DNA of 64,000 nt from Rhynchobatus australiae (taxonomy: Eukaryota), in assembly GCA_034780895.1 (NCBI GenBank), contig JAUZTB010000066.1, positions 16,094,871 through 16,158,870 on the forward strand. The letters run 5' to 3'. Shown one piece after another: positions 25,339 through 38,940 of this stretch. Numbering within the stretch: the stretch's first letter is position 1; each line of letters starts with the position of its first letter. The position numbers were made by a program, and so were the translations under genes. The notes beneath the pieces are model-generated. The model saw nothing but the letters and a program-made list of their open reading frames with translations, searched no databases and was not told where the DNA came from.

Positions 25339-28300
25339 GTAAGTAATAAGATACTTCATTATCAATTATTTCATTCCTTCTTTCACTACCCCTACCGCCN
25401 NNNNNNNNNNNNNNNNNNNNNNNNNNNNNNNNNNNNNNNNNNNNNNNNNNNNNNNNNNNNNNNNNNNNNNNNNNNNNNNNNNNNNNNNNNNNNNNNNNNN
25501 NNNNNNNNNNNNNNNNNNNNNNNNNNNNNNNNNNNNNNNNNNNNNNNNNNNNNNNNNNNNNNNNNNNNNNNAACCTGTTTGCATATAGTAGGGGGACATT
25601 CTAATAAATAAGATCAGACATTGTGAACCTGCTCCCAAGAACTTCAAATGATGTGCTTGAAAAATATAAAAGGAATATAATTTCTTAGGAATGCAAAACC
25701 CTGTGAATACTGGAAGTTATCCATACCCTTTGGAGTTTTGGCACTGGCTTATTAATTCCCAGTTTTTGCATCATCAGCTGGCAAGGTGCTAACGAAAATG
25801 TGAAATAAAACTCCTACCCAAATCTCAATAGAGCCATCCTTGTCTACACTTATGTCAGTTTGTCCATTTTACAGCCAGGGTTTTGTTTTTCAGCAGGATT
25901 CAACCAGCTGAAGAGAGGTTTTGTGGTATATTCTCACAAGAGCTGGGCTATGCCTTCACAAATTCATTTCATATAGGCTGAATGTGTATAATTTACACTC
26001 AACATTTCAACATTGCTTACATTGGAAACAAACTCTCTTTAAGCAGTCACATGGATTTGTCTCACATAGCATAAACAAATTGGTTTCATCTGTGTAGGAA
26101 ACAATATATGTGGTAGGATGGGGAGGAGTGGGGGTTATTTATTTGCCCCCTCAGAACAGTTGTTTAGCACTTCCTAGAGATTGCCATTCCCTTGGTTATC
26201 AAAAACCATCGCACCAAGCTCTCCAAGATGGCCAGCAGCAACTTCTTTTGTGCACAATATCTAATGTGAAAGTGGGATTTTCTCCATTTAGTTTAGCAAG
26301 TACAAAAAAAAACAAATTAATGGAGCTAATAGTGTTCCATTGCCCACTATTGTACCAGGTTTTATTATGTAAATTCATACAGGACAGAAAGGGGTTATTT
26401 GTCCCATAAATCTGTGCTTGTTCCCCGAAAGGTACGCCAATTAATCATCCTCTCACCTTTTTTCCATTGTTTTACTAACTTTATCGAAAGGAAGTTGGAA
26501 CTTCAGTTTAAAAGATAATTAATGAATTGGCTTTTTCCACTTTTTCAGCCTAACTATAATTTATTTATTGCTTTTTAAAAAAAAACTCATTTACACTCCA
26601 CTCCTGTGGCTTTTTTGCCAATTATCTGCTTAGCTTAAAGCACTTGGAACAGCTTCCCCCTATCTAATTTACCAAATTCTCTCATTGGGCTGAACGTTTT
26701 TNNNNNNNNNNNNNNNNNNNNNNNNNNNNNNNNNNNNNNNNNNNTGGGGATGTTAGTGCGTTACTGACGGTTTATTGCATTGCATATTGTGTATTGCAGC
26801 ATGGAAGTTAGGATTGTGCTGGAGGTCAGATGCCCGTTCATTTGACCTCCTTGTCATAGTGCTGAGATTAGAAGAACTGGTTAGTCATACTGAGGGGCAA
26901 GACACCCTTCAGATCTGGCCCCTCAGCTACACATCAGTTGGTGTTTGTAACACTGCTGAGGGCAGTAGATTGAAAAGGTTAAGTACAGGTAAAGTGTTTA
27001 GCGTTTTGCTTCATTTGATATTAATACCTTTTAATTTGTATCAAACATGTTTTAAATACTTTATTTTAATAATGTTGGTTTGTTTTTTATTATTTAACTG
27101 TTTTCAAATATGACTGAGCTGTCAAAATTGCATCAGGGATAAGGCCTCTGGATCCACTCCCAGAGGCCTAATCACTACTCACAAAATGCTCTGCTTCAGG
27201 ATACTTGTAGCAGTGAGGCCTGGGGCAATTAGATCTGCAGGGTTGTAAAAGGTTTCTGGGGCCTGGGAGGTCTCGGGCTTGGTTGAACATGATCTGGCTC
27301 ATTATATTAAATCTTAGCTTTCTCTCCTTTCTACATTATAGGGCATCCCTCATTCTGTTAAATGGGCAAAACAAAAGCATGTTGTACAAATTCATTGATT
27401 TTAATGTTGCTTGGCCATGCCAATCCAAATCACTTAAAGCCAACAGACTATTGAAGAAAAGTGAAAGGAAAGATGAAAACGCTGAAATTCATAAATAAAA
27501 TAAAAACTATCGGAATTGTGCAACAGTGCCATCAAGATCTGAAAGAGAGTGTTAGATTTTCATTGGAGTGAGCCATTGTATGTTGTCCTTCATCAGAACT
27601 GGACATTTGCAACTTTAACAAAAGGGCAGGCACTTTCCTTGTCTCTGGAACACTTTTGTTAGATGGCACAGGCTGACTCAAATCACCTGGTTATGTGGAC
27701 CTCATTGTTACGAAGGAAATGCACTACAGTGTCCTAAAACAGGGCTGTTGTCCAAGAGAACATTGTACAATAAATGGTTGTTGACACAGTGGAGCTTTTC
27801 TATTCCATTTCTTCCTCCCCACCCCACCCCCCCCCACCTTCTCTTACTAAATGGACTACGTCTTTGCAACCCCTCCAATTTCCACCTCCTCCGNNNNAAC
27901 TCGTACAGCCAAACACCAGCCATCATAATTTTATCCGATTCATTTCTTGCCGCTCTTGGCTGACAGTCTTCAAGGGACAGTTAAATGGATGTCCTTTTGT
28001 TTGTCATGATGAAATGATGGCAATTACCCAGATGTTTTCAATGACACGCCACTCTAAAATGCTTGAGTGGTTTTGTGTATAAATGAGGCACCAGCAAACG
28101 TGCAGAAATAGGATGAGAAACAAAAGAGATTAGAGCACTTAAATGTTGCTGTCCTTCTTAGAAGAGAAGTGTGTTTTTGTTTTGGCAGGAGTTTAGGGGA
28201 GCAAAGCTGATCTTAAATGCATTGTAAAATTTAGATAGTGCCCAAAGCACCTATTTGCCTCTGTGGGATTCAGTAGTAACAAGCCAAATGTTGTGTGAAA

Positions 28301-29774
28301 AGATTAACAAGCAAAGAGGTGGCCACATTAGTGAGCTCATTGGAGCTGCAAGATTACAGTGCTTTTATTCTGTTTTGTACAATGATAGTTTACTCACTGG
28401 TGAGCACAGACCTGATCCTGACCTGTTTTGCCAACATTTCAAATAATTTGGATAAATAGTTATTCCTGCTATTTCCATATAATTTTTAACATACTGTTGT
28501 CCAAGTCTGTCAGGTTGAAATAATGAAGATTAAAAATGCAGATGTAAATTTTGCAAATGCCCAGATGATGAATATTTCCATAAACTAGGAGACTGAGACT
28601 TTAAAGATTGTGTTGCTGATTTAAAGTGGGATTATAGCAGGTTTTTATCCCATAATAATAAGTGGTGCATTCTATAAACTTGAGTTAATATTTGCACTGT
28701 GAATGGATTGAATTTATTTATTTTTAAAAATGCAGTAGAATGTGTGGGGTGCTTAGGGCAGAAACTTCGGGGAATACAGACTGCAAATCACCATTGTGCA
28801 GCACTTTGTGGTATCAAAGCACTTCCACTGATTTTTGAATTCCTGAAAAGCTTCCTTTAAATTCCCTTCTGTCAATTCCAGGTTCAGGTCATGATCATGA
28901 AGTTATTGAGGATGCAAAGTCAGTATAAGCAGTGAGCAATGTTGGATGCTGAATGGCAAGATCAAGCAAGCAAGCAGGAAAGAAATGCCAGCATGTGGGA
29001 TACATGGGTGAGGGGATGGACATTAAGGTAGTATGACTAATGCTGAGACATTGAATATATTCACGGTTGGGATAAATAGATTTTTGCATTATTGTGGAAT
29101 CAAATGTTGTGGGGAACAGGCAATGAAATAGAGTNNNNNNNNNNNNNNNNNNNNNNNNNNNNNNNNNNNNNNNNNNNNNNNNNNNNNNNNNNNNNNNNNN
29201 NNNNNNNNNNNNNNNNNNNNNNNNNNNNNNNNNNNNNNNNNNNNNNNNNNNNNNNNNNNNNNNNNNNNNNNNNNNNNNNNNNNNNNNNNNNNNNNNNNNN
29301 NNNNNNNNNNNNNNNNNNNNNNNNNNNNNNNNNNNNNNNNNNNNNNNNNNNNNNNNNNNNNNNNNNNNNNNNNNNNNNNNNNNNNNNNNNNNNNNNNNNN
29401 NNNNNNNNNNNNNNNNNNNNNNNNNNNNNNCTGCCTAACCTGCTGAGTTCCTCCAGCGTCGTCATGTTTTACAGCTGCTTCTGTGTTTTTTTTTCCCTCT
29501 GGAAAACGTTTGCCTTAAATATGGTCACCACACTCTGAATTGCCTTCCATAAATGTGAGAGTCAAGTGAATCTATTCAATTGTTTCACTCATTACTATCC
29601 TCTAAAGAATTCTTATTTTCTCATTGCTGCATAATCTTAGAGCAGCCGGATGCCAGATCAGAAAAAATATTGTGAAATTCTTTGAAGCATTAAGCCAACC
29701 AAACATAGCTCCAGAAGACTACGTTAGCCCATAAATTTTCATGATATGACAGTGTGTATGTGTGTTACCCCTAC

Positions 29775-30632
29775 CTGTGAAGTCTAGAAGCAGAGGTTGG
29801 GATCTCAAAATTAGAGGTAGGCCAATTAGTTCTGAAATAAGAAACCATTTCTTCATTCAGCCAGTGGCAAGTCATTGAAAGCCAAATGGCTGTGGAGGCT
29901 CAATCATTGAGTTAATTCATAATAGAGATGGATAGATTTCTGGATGTTAGGAGTAAGAAGAGATGTAGGAATAGTGCAGGAAATTAACACAGGCATAGAA
30001 GATCAGCCATAATCTTGACAAATGGCAGAGCAGCCATTCATGTTCCTTCTGATGCTGCTCCTCTTTCTTAGGTTCTTACCCCTTACTATCTTTTTCCCTC
30101 CAAATTCCCTCCTATTTCTTCTTGTGTCTTTTGAAAAACCCCATTATTAGGTCACTGTGCTATAGGAAGGATGTGAATGTGCTGGAGGGGGTGCAGAGGA
30201 GATTCTCCAGGATGTTGCCTGGGATGGAGCAGTAAATAAGATGAGGAGAGACTGGAGAATCTAGGTCTGTTCTCCCTGGAGCGGAGGAGGTTAGGAGGGG
30301 ACATGATTGAGGTATATAAAATTGACAGGTATAGAACTCTTCCTCATATCAGAGGTAGGTAAACCTAGAGGACATAGGTTTAGGGTAAGGGGGAAGAGAC
30401 TTGGAGGGGATATGAGGGGGAACCACCTACACCCAGAGTGGTAAGTACCCTAGAATGAACTGCCCGAGAGAATGATTGAAGCTGGGTTGCTGACAGCATT
30501 TAAGAAGTGACTAAATAAGCACTCGAATTGCTGAGGTATGAAAGGCTATTCAAGGAGATGGAATTAATACAGAAGGGTGCCCATTGGACGGGCTGGGCTG
30601 AATGGCCTGTTTCCATGCTGTATAATTCTATG
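29775..30632 (+). mobile_element. Two adjacent CR1 LINE 3' fragments
   Basis: YRKDVNVLEGVQRRFSRMLPGME...LGLFSLERRRLGGDMIEVYKI, with tail gggctgaatggcctgtttccatgctgtat. Confidence 0.85.
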
Positions 30633-31659
30633 ATATGGAATGAACCTGGTACCTGCCTTCTGTGAACAGATGAGAACCATTGAATTACGTACAGTTCCTC
30701 GTCAAACTGGGGAAGGGTCAACCAATCAAGCTGGTCAGGAGCAAATTTTGTGATCAGTCTAATCACCACATAAAACTAAACTCTGCTGAATATCTTTGGC
30801 ATAATGTTTAATATACACCTTTGTCTCCTTTAATAAATCTGTTTGTCAGTATGCTTAACAAATACTTTAATTTGTCACTGTACGGTGACTTTATCTACTT
30901 TACAGCATTGTTTTAAAAGGATTGGCAGAATCTCGACAACATTCTCTTGACTGGGTCATTATAGTGATCTTGTTTTGGGATACCCTGTTGCTGTAGAATG
31001 GTTTGTCATTTGTACAAATAGAAGCAAATACACTGCATGCAAGTAGCTAAGTGACAAACATGCTGTGTTCAGTTGGGACCTTGAGGTGCCTCAATGGACT
31101 CTCCATTAGCACTGAAACAATAGGCTATATCACTCAGTAAACAACCAAGCAGCCACAGGCTCAACTATTCAGGCAGTGATAGGAACTTGAAGAAAGTTTT
31201 CATTTCAGTACACAAACAATTTTTTTTAGTTTTTACATATTCCCTTTGCAAATTTAAGATTCACGTGTGAGTGGATAATTTCTGAGCTGTATTCAACACA
31301 TTGCAATACATGTACTATCGCAATGGGACAATATGGTAACTCACTGCATTGTTATAGAATCACTTTAATTGCATTAGTTCTTTTTTCCTCCATCCCAGCT
31401 CGTGTGGGCTGTCACCTGTAATGGCCTTCATTTTTCTGCTCTGTTAAATTGACTTTTGCTCTCTATTGCAGAATGTTGTAGAGTAGAAGTTCTGCTGCAA
31501 TGTTATAACTACTGGTGCTGGGAAATTTACCTCCCCTTACACTATGGGGTAGATTCCACAACGCAAGTAGGATCGTGACATTGTGCTGCTATTTTGTGCA
31601 GTACCTTGGCACATACTGTATTTTAAAGCTTGTGGTATAAAAATAAGTTGCGCGGAATG

Positions 31660-32150
31660 TATGGTGTGAAGCTGTTTGGCCTAGCTGGTCTACATTGATG
31701 TCTATACCCTACCGCCTCCTTTTCCTATGAATCTGAATCCTATTTCTTCCTCCCGCATGTGTTTGTCTAGCTTCCTCTTAAATGTATCTGTGCTGCTCCC
31801 CTCAGCCATTCTGTGAGAAGCAGGTTCCGCAGTCTAACAACTCTAGGTGAAGAAGTTGCTCCTGAATTGCTTATGGATTTATTGGTGATTATTTATGGTA
31901 CCTTGTTTCTGTCACCTGCAAAGGCTAAAACATTTTCTCCAATAATCTGTTCATGCTAAGACTTATTAGGTCAGCCATCAGCCTTTCGAGAGAAAAGTAT
32001 CTCAGTCTATTCAGCTTTTCCTGATGGTTATAACCTCTCAATTCCAATGATATCCTTGTAAATCATATCACCATCTCCTTTTTTAATATGGAAACAAGAA
32101 CCAAGCACTGTACTCGAGCACAATCCAATCAATGTTTGATAAAAGTTGAA
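31660..32150 (-). mobile_element. Degenerate CR1 LINE 3' fragment
   Basis: Reverse-complement CR1 3' motifs (ctagcttcctcttaaatgtatct, ctctaggtgaagaagttgctcctgaat). Confidence 0.6.
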
Positions 32151-34964
32151 CATAACTCTCTTCAGGGCAACATAGATACATCAGTGATTTCCATTTTTAT
32201 TTATAAGGGAACAGGCTCAAAATGGTGACAGAAGTACATCTGTGCACGCTGATTCAATTAACCCTTGGTCTTTGACCTTGCTTCACATCAGTGTTACATT
32301 TGGTCTTGACTTTGTANNNNNNNNNNNNNNNNNTCAGCTGATAATCAAGCACAAAACTTATTTTTTAAGGGAACTTTGGAAAGAAGCTACCACGATGCAG
32401 TAATCTGCAAAAGTTGTGGCTTGAAAGACGTGATCAAGTCATGGTGTTCATTTGAAATCAAATACAAATTAAAATTGATGTGCTTAACAATCTAAGCAAA
32501 TTTCTGCAGTCATTCGTCCAGCTGCTGAATATCTTGCTATAAACCTCTGTATCCAGTCATTGCCTCGGGGGGAGAGAAAGGGTTTGTTTTCTGTTGAAAA
32601 CACAAGAAGGGTAGTAAAGGAAATTCCAGTTGCATCCTGCTAGCCTCTATACTATATACTGCAATTTTAACATTGTGCAGCAAAAGCAAAGTCAGAAACA
32701 TCATTGCTGCAGTCAATGGGTGGTGCAGGATCTGAGAGTCGGCTTCTCTTGAAACTCGCTGTATGATTGATGGATTTGCTAGTGTGTTGTGACTGGCTCA
32801 GCCCTATGAGCAAAGTGAGCAGCTTAACTGAGAATTTTACTCCCCACAAGATCCTTGTATATATTCTTTTTAGAAGAGTTTCTTTCACCCTCATTTTATG
32901 TGGAGTTGTGAGCGCAGGTCGATATTTATTTTTGGTTTGTCTGCAAACTGACTGTTCATCCGTTTCACGCTTTGGTGGATGACATTCACGCAAGGGCACC
33001 ACCTGGTTGTAATGCCAATAAATAATNNNNNNNNNNGGCAGACATTTCCTGCTCACATCAAAATTGACTCTTTTAAGGAGACCTAAATTGAATGGACAAT
33101 ACCACGGGCCACTCCATGGGTGGTTTCAATAGCAAAGCCTTGAGCACTGTTGGAAATCGGTGCTTCCCTCATCTCTTTCCTCTTGGCATTGCTATCTCTT
33201 TTGCTCTTTTGCTTTCTCACTCCCATTCAACAGCCTCAATTTTATTCACCTCCCATAACGTTTCTCCCTTCAGTGCTTGATGTCTGTTTCTGCCTTTGTG
33301 GTGTACTTCAGGATGTGTTCTTGGGTTGAATCTGCTAAGTAAATACAAATCCATATTTTATTTAGTCTGGGAAAGGACCCAAAGTGAATGCTGACCACAA
33401 ATGGCTTCAAAGCAATTTCTCATCTGAAAGTAACACTGTAGAATAGCATTTGGGTACTTTGAAAATAAAGTAATATTTCATTTACAGCAAAGTCTATATC
33501 AATATAGCAAATTCAAGAGTGTATGTTCTATTTTCAATTCATTTTATGAAAGGATTTCATAGAATTAGTGAATGATCTGGCACCAAGCCCCTATTCGGTC
33601 CATGAAGCCCGTGTCATTATTTTAAAAGAGCTATCCGATTACTCTTTTGTCTCTTCTCCATTAATATATGATGGGAGCAATCTTGCAGATTAATCCTATT
33701 CCCTTTTGAAAATTTATCATTGTATCTGTTCCTACCACCAATTCAGAACACAACAAAGTGATTTGTTTTAAAGAAAGGACTCCTCAGTTTGTCTCTGTTC
33801 TGCCTCGATGAAATTTTACCCTGGTTTACCCAAGTTCTGTTCATTAACGTACATCTAACAGAACAGTGGCCCCGTGAACACCAATGTATTCTAACCACCT
33901 CTGCAAACACACATGGTCAATACAATTCTTTGCTTCCTGTGCCATCAGTCAGTTTTGTACCCACGCTACAGTTGCCCTTCAAGTACCTCACTGTTACCAT
34001 CCCAGTCTGTTGTGGTAAACTGACATCTCTCATCAGGTGCCAGGAAAAGGGATTAGTGCAAATGTGTGCCCACTGGTCAGTGTGGATATGGTGGGCTGAA
34101 TGGCCATTTTACATGCTGTATGTCTCCACGACTTTGACTCGTATCGCTACTCTACAGCTCTTGCATCTTTCTTTAACTTGCACGCAATTTGATTCTAAAA
34201 ATGAATCCCTCCCTTTGGTGTCATGCAGCATTCACCCAGTTGCATGTTTCCTATGTTATCTCATAATTCTAATCAAAAATTCCATTTTTGATCTCTCAGC
34301 CTAATGTACCTTTCCAGCCTTATGGCATCTGATTTCTTTAATACCATTACCAAAACTATTTTTGCCTTTCTGGTCTTTCCTAGTGACCTTGCCGCCATAA
34401 TTATTAACTTTGCAATACTCCACAGTTTGAGTTGGGTTTCTGTTTCCTGTATATCAAATCTCTTACACCTGCAACTCATCAACTTCATTAAGCTGACTAT
34501 GTATTTACATACATGCATTTCAAATTCATCTTTGATTACTGTTTACTGGGCCACTATCGGATCCCACCTATCACTGAACTATTCTGTACTCCAGTACTAT
34601 CTGGTGCTATTTGTGCATCTACTCTGGCAGCTCAGTATTTCATGCTAGCACCTAACTCTCTGCTCCATTAGCTTAGCCTCTTCCCAGCCATATTAGTTAA
34701 CCTTCCTAGAAGGATATTGGATCAAAGTTTCCCTGGTTGCAAATCGTCCATCTTGAACAGGTCTCCCACCTCTACCTTACAACTGGCCCACGTAACCTGG
34801 AATCTGAACCCTTCCCTCTTTCACGTATAAACCCATTTCAGAGCATTACACAGCTGCACCCGGCAGTCATTTGCTAAACATCCGTCATCAGTATAGCAAT
34901 TTTATCACATGAGATAATAATATGTCAAATGGGACTGATGTCATTGTTTTCTTTGCTGTTTCAG

Positions 34965-35061
34965 ATTGGGTGGAATACCTGTAGGAGTAGTTGCTGTGGA
35001 AACCAGGACAGTAGAGTTATCAATCCCAGCAGATCCTGCAAACCTGGATTCAGAAGCAAAG
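34965..35061 (+). CDS. ACACA: ACACA coding exon, 97 bp, phase 2-0
   Basis: gtttcag|A TTG GGT...GCA AAG|gtaggt. Encodes [41 protein letters not shown] is ACC1-type rather than ACC2-type. Confidence 0.97.
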
Positions 35062-35599
35062 GTAGGTCTGGCTAACCTCTAATGTTCTCGGAGGTCAACT
35101 GATTTAAATGGCATTTTCTCACAAATTGGCTTATTACATTAATGAGATGATGCAAAAATGGACGAGAAAGTCAGAAATGCCAAGACATCTCATTTTAACA
35201 AATTAGAGCCTCTTTGGAAAAGTTGTGCTTTGCAGATCATTGCCAAGTTTGATCTGGAACTTGAGTGGTGAAAAGAAAACTGCAGATGCTGGAAATCTGA
35301 AATAAAACTGGAAAAGCTCATCAGATCAGGCATCTATACAGAGAGAATGCTTCAGGTTGGTGACCCTTCATCACAACTTGAAAGTGTTAGAATTTGGAAT
35401 GATATATTTCAGAAGCATAAGCAGAAAGGAAAAAGAACTGGGTAGCTCTTGTTAATAAAGGATGAGCTCACTGCAGCAGTGAGGAATGGCGTTAGCTCAG
35501 TTGAATCATTTTTGTATGGAAGAGCAAGAAGTTGCTGGTGGGAATAGAATGTCACCCCCCCCTTCCAGAAGAGAGGCAACACCCTAGGGCAGAGTACAT

Positions 35600-37185
35600 G
35601 CCAAGACAAAAATTAACATTATTGGAAAGGTACTACAGTAATCATGGGTGATTTTAATTGTCTTACAAATTGGATAAATCAAATTGGCAAGGATAGCTTT
35701 GAGGACAAGTTCAGTGAATGCATCTGGGATGATTTCTTACTACAATATGTTGAGTCAACAAGGGAGCAGGATATCTTGAATATTGCATTATGTAACGAGA
35801 TGGAATTAATTAGTAAAGGATCTAATAGTAAAGGATCCTTCAAGAAACAGTGACCATAGCATGGGTACAGTTTCAAACTCAGTTTGAAGGTGTGAAAACG
35901 ATGTCCTATATTTTAATAAAAGATGTTACAGTGGCATGAGGACAGAGTTGGCCACAGTGGACTGAGAAATAGACTTAATGGTTAAGTTAGTAGACCAGCA
36001 ATGGCAGACATTTAAGGAGTTGTTTCATAAATTTCAACAAAGATATTGTCCAGTGAGAGATAATCTAGTAGAAGGATGCACTATCTGTGGCTAACTAAAG
36101 AAAAGTTGTATAGTGTTGTGAGGGTTAGTGATTAGAGTAAGCCTGCAAATAATATAGAAACAGATAATGAGAGCTTCTACAGGTATGATTAAAAAAGAGT
36201 AGCTAAAGTGCACCTTGGTCCCATAGAGGAATATAGTCCCATAGGGTCTCATGTCCCAGAGGCTTAGGAATTAACAATGGAAAATTTTTTAAAAATGGCT
36301 GTGATTCAAAATAATAATTATTTTGAATTGATCTTCCCAGGAGAAAGCTCTAAATAGTCCCAGCAATAGTCAAGGAGCTATAGGGAGGGAGGAATTTAAC
36401 ACAATCACAATTTATAGAAAAGAGTACTTGGCAAAATAATCGGACCTCTAGACCTGATCCTGGGATCTTAAAATAAGTGTCTACCGAGGTAATGGATCTG
36501 TTGGTTCTAATCTACCAAAATTCCCTGGATTCTGGTGAGAATCCAATATAATGCCTCTTTCCAAAAAAAGGAGACAGAAGCCAAGAAACTACAGTCCACC
36601 TTTGCAATACAAAGGATTTGGGGGTCCTAGTGCATAAAATACAAAGGGGTTTGCCTGCAGGTAATTAGGAAGGCTGATGGAATGTTGCAGGGGGTATGGA
36701 ATATAAAAATGTAGAACTTCTATTTGCAACCTTACAGGACGCTTGTAAGACCATGTCTGAAGTATAATATTTCAGGAAATATTAAAGAAATGAGAAACTT
36801 GCACTGGAGGTAGTGCAGAAAATGTTCACTTGGATGATTTCTAGGATGAATGCATTAATAAATGAAGTAAGGTTGAACTGGTTGGGTATATTATATTGGG
36901 TATAAAGGTGATCTTATTGGAACAGATAAGATTGAGGGGGATTGACAGAATGGATGCTAAGAGGATGTTTCATCTGAAGGGGGTATCCAGAACTATTGGG
37001 AATGTTACAGAATAGCAAATTATCCATTTAAGACAGATGAAGAGGGATTTTTCTCTGAGTGTCAAAGGAAGTCGAGGGGTATTTGAGAGAGTGGGAAAGT
37101 GGTCTTGAGGCCAACACTGGATCAGTTATGATCTGATTGAATGGCAGAGTGGGCGTGGGGCTGAGTGACTCACTCCTGCCACTGT
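35600..37185 (+). mobile_element. Decayed CR1 LINE ORF2 (endonuclease through to the 3' end, with internal deletions)
   Basis: MGDFN...WINQIGK...FSECIWDDFLLQYVESTREQDILNIALCNE; later GNYSP-like and YRTLVRPCLKY motifs; tail gatcagttatgatctgattgaatggcagag. Confidence 0.85.
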
Positions 37186-37499
37186 TTCTCAAAAACAAGC
37201 TGGAGAAAACAAAAGGAATGTCTGGGATAGAGTGGACACGAAAAAGAAATGGATGATGCAGGTTGGTTACCAACAGCTAATCTCTCTGGAGTAGGTGTGA
37301 TTGGAGGGAGATGACCAAGGACAGAGGGGTAGAAAAAAAGGGAATAACAGTGCTGGGAAATAGAGAACACAGTGCAGTAAAATTCCGATAACCTAGCAAT
37401 CTCGAGACTTCATTGGCACCTGAAAGGCAAACATCTCTTGGTGAGTCAAATACTGAACCATCAGGATTTCTGAATAGTCAGATGGCAGATTGTAGGAGT

Positions 37500-38098
37500 T
37501 TTACTGTAATTGCTGGAAATTTGAAATAAAGAGAAAGTTGGACAAGCCCTGTGTAGAGAGAAGAAACATTCTAGGTTCATGACCTTGCATCAGAACTGGG
37601 CAGTCTCACACAAATTGGAGAGAGTGGTTATCTGAAATTATTGAATGCTGAAGACTTGAGGATTGTAGCTTGCTGGATGAAAAAAGAGCTTTTCCTCAGA
37701 CTCCATTTGGGTTCAAGTGACAGGTAACTGGAAGCTTAGGGTCACCCTTACAGACAGCACAGAGAGACTTTGCAAAGATGTGACCACATTAGCATTTGTT
37801 TTTTTTCTCCAATATAAAGGAGACCATGTGTGCATACTGAATTCACTACACTAAAGTGAGGAAAGTGTGCGTGACTTGATACTTCATCTCGGCTGAAGGA
37901 AAGAGGCTTGTCCTTGGCTGGTAGGAAAGAAAGAGGTAAAAAGGGCAGATGTTGCACTGCCTGTTGCTGTAAGGGAAGTGGTGTGAGAAGGGGAGTGGTT
38001 GATAGAGATGGAAAGCTAAACCAGGGAAGGATCCATCCAAAGGCTGAAGAGGGAGCTTACTGATGTCTTGAGCATTTCCAGCATTTTGTTTATTCCAG
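37500..38098 (-). mobile_element. Penelope-like element remnant (GIY-YIG endonuclease region)
   Basis: Minus-strand peptide SVCTHGLLYIGEKKQ resembles the PLE GIY-YIG motif CxxCGLLYIGETKR. Flanked by the PLE-associated short repeat. Confidence 0.65.
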
Positions 38099-38101
38099 AA
38101 C

Positions 38102-38940
38102 ACAAGTCAAAGTTGAGTTTATTGTCATCTGCACAAGTACATGCATGCACAGGTGCAATGAAAAACTTGCAGCAGCAGCATCACAGCACATAGCATCAGC
38201 AACACAACATTCACAAGNNNNNNNNNNNNNNNNNNNNNNNNNNNNNNNNNNNNNNNNNNNNNNNNNNNNNNNNNNNNNNNNNNNNNNNNNNNNNNNNNNN
38301 NNNNNNNNNNNNNNNNNACAGCACAGAGCATCAGCAACACAACATTCACAAGATAAACAAATAAAACATAAATTATACAAGAAATAACACAATTAGAACA
38401 AAAAAAGTGAAGTCCATTGTACTGCAAAATGATCATAGTGTTGCTATACTGAGGGAGTGGTTAGGGTTGTGCCAGTTGGTTCAAGAACCAAATGGTTGAA
38501 GGGAAGTAGCTGTTGTTGAGCCTGGTGGTGTGGGACTTCAGGCTTCATACCTCCTGCCTGATGGTCGAGAAGATGGCGTGGCCCAGATCGTTGATGATAG
38601 ATGTTTCCTGCTTGAGGCAGTACTTCATGTAGATACTCCCAGTGGTGGGGAGGGAGTGCCAGTGATGCATTGGGCTGTGTCCACTACTCTCTGCAGCTTC
38701 TGGAATTCTTGTGCATTCAAATTGCCGTACCAGACCATGATGCAGCCAGTCAGGATACTTTCAACGGTACATCTGCAAAAGGTTGGTAGAGTGTTTGGTG
38801 ATGATCCAAACCTCCCTAACCTTCTAAGAAAGTAAAGGCACTGGCGTGCCTTCCTTGTGATTGCATCTATCTGCTGGGCCCAGGACAGGTCATCTGATAT
38901 GTTAACACATAAGGAATTTAAAGCTGCTGACCCTCACCGC
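38102..38940 (-). mobile_element. Rex1/Babar LINE 3' fragment
   Basis: Minus strand encodes CTVESILTGCIMVWYGNLNAQEFQKLQRVVDTAQCITG, followed by the 3' UTR ending gatgacaataaactcaactttgac. Confidence 0.85.

Noticed and set aside
32667-33056. 129-aa minus-strand ORF
   Set aside because: No protein-like motifs or convincing splice sites; crosses a small gap.
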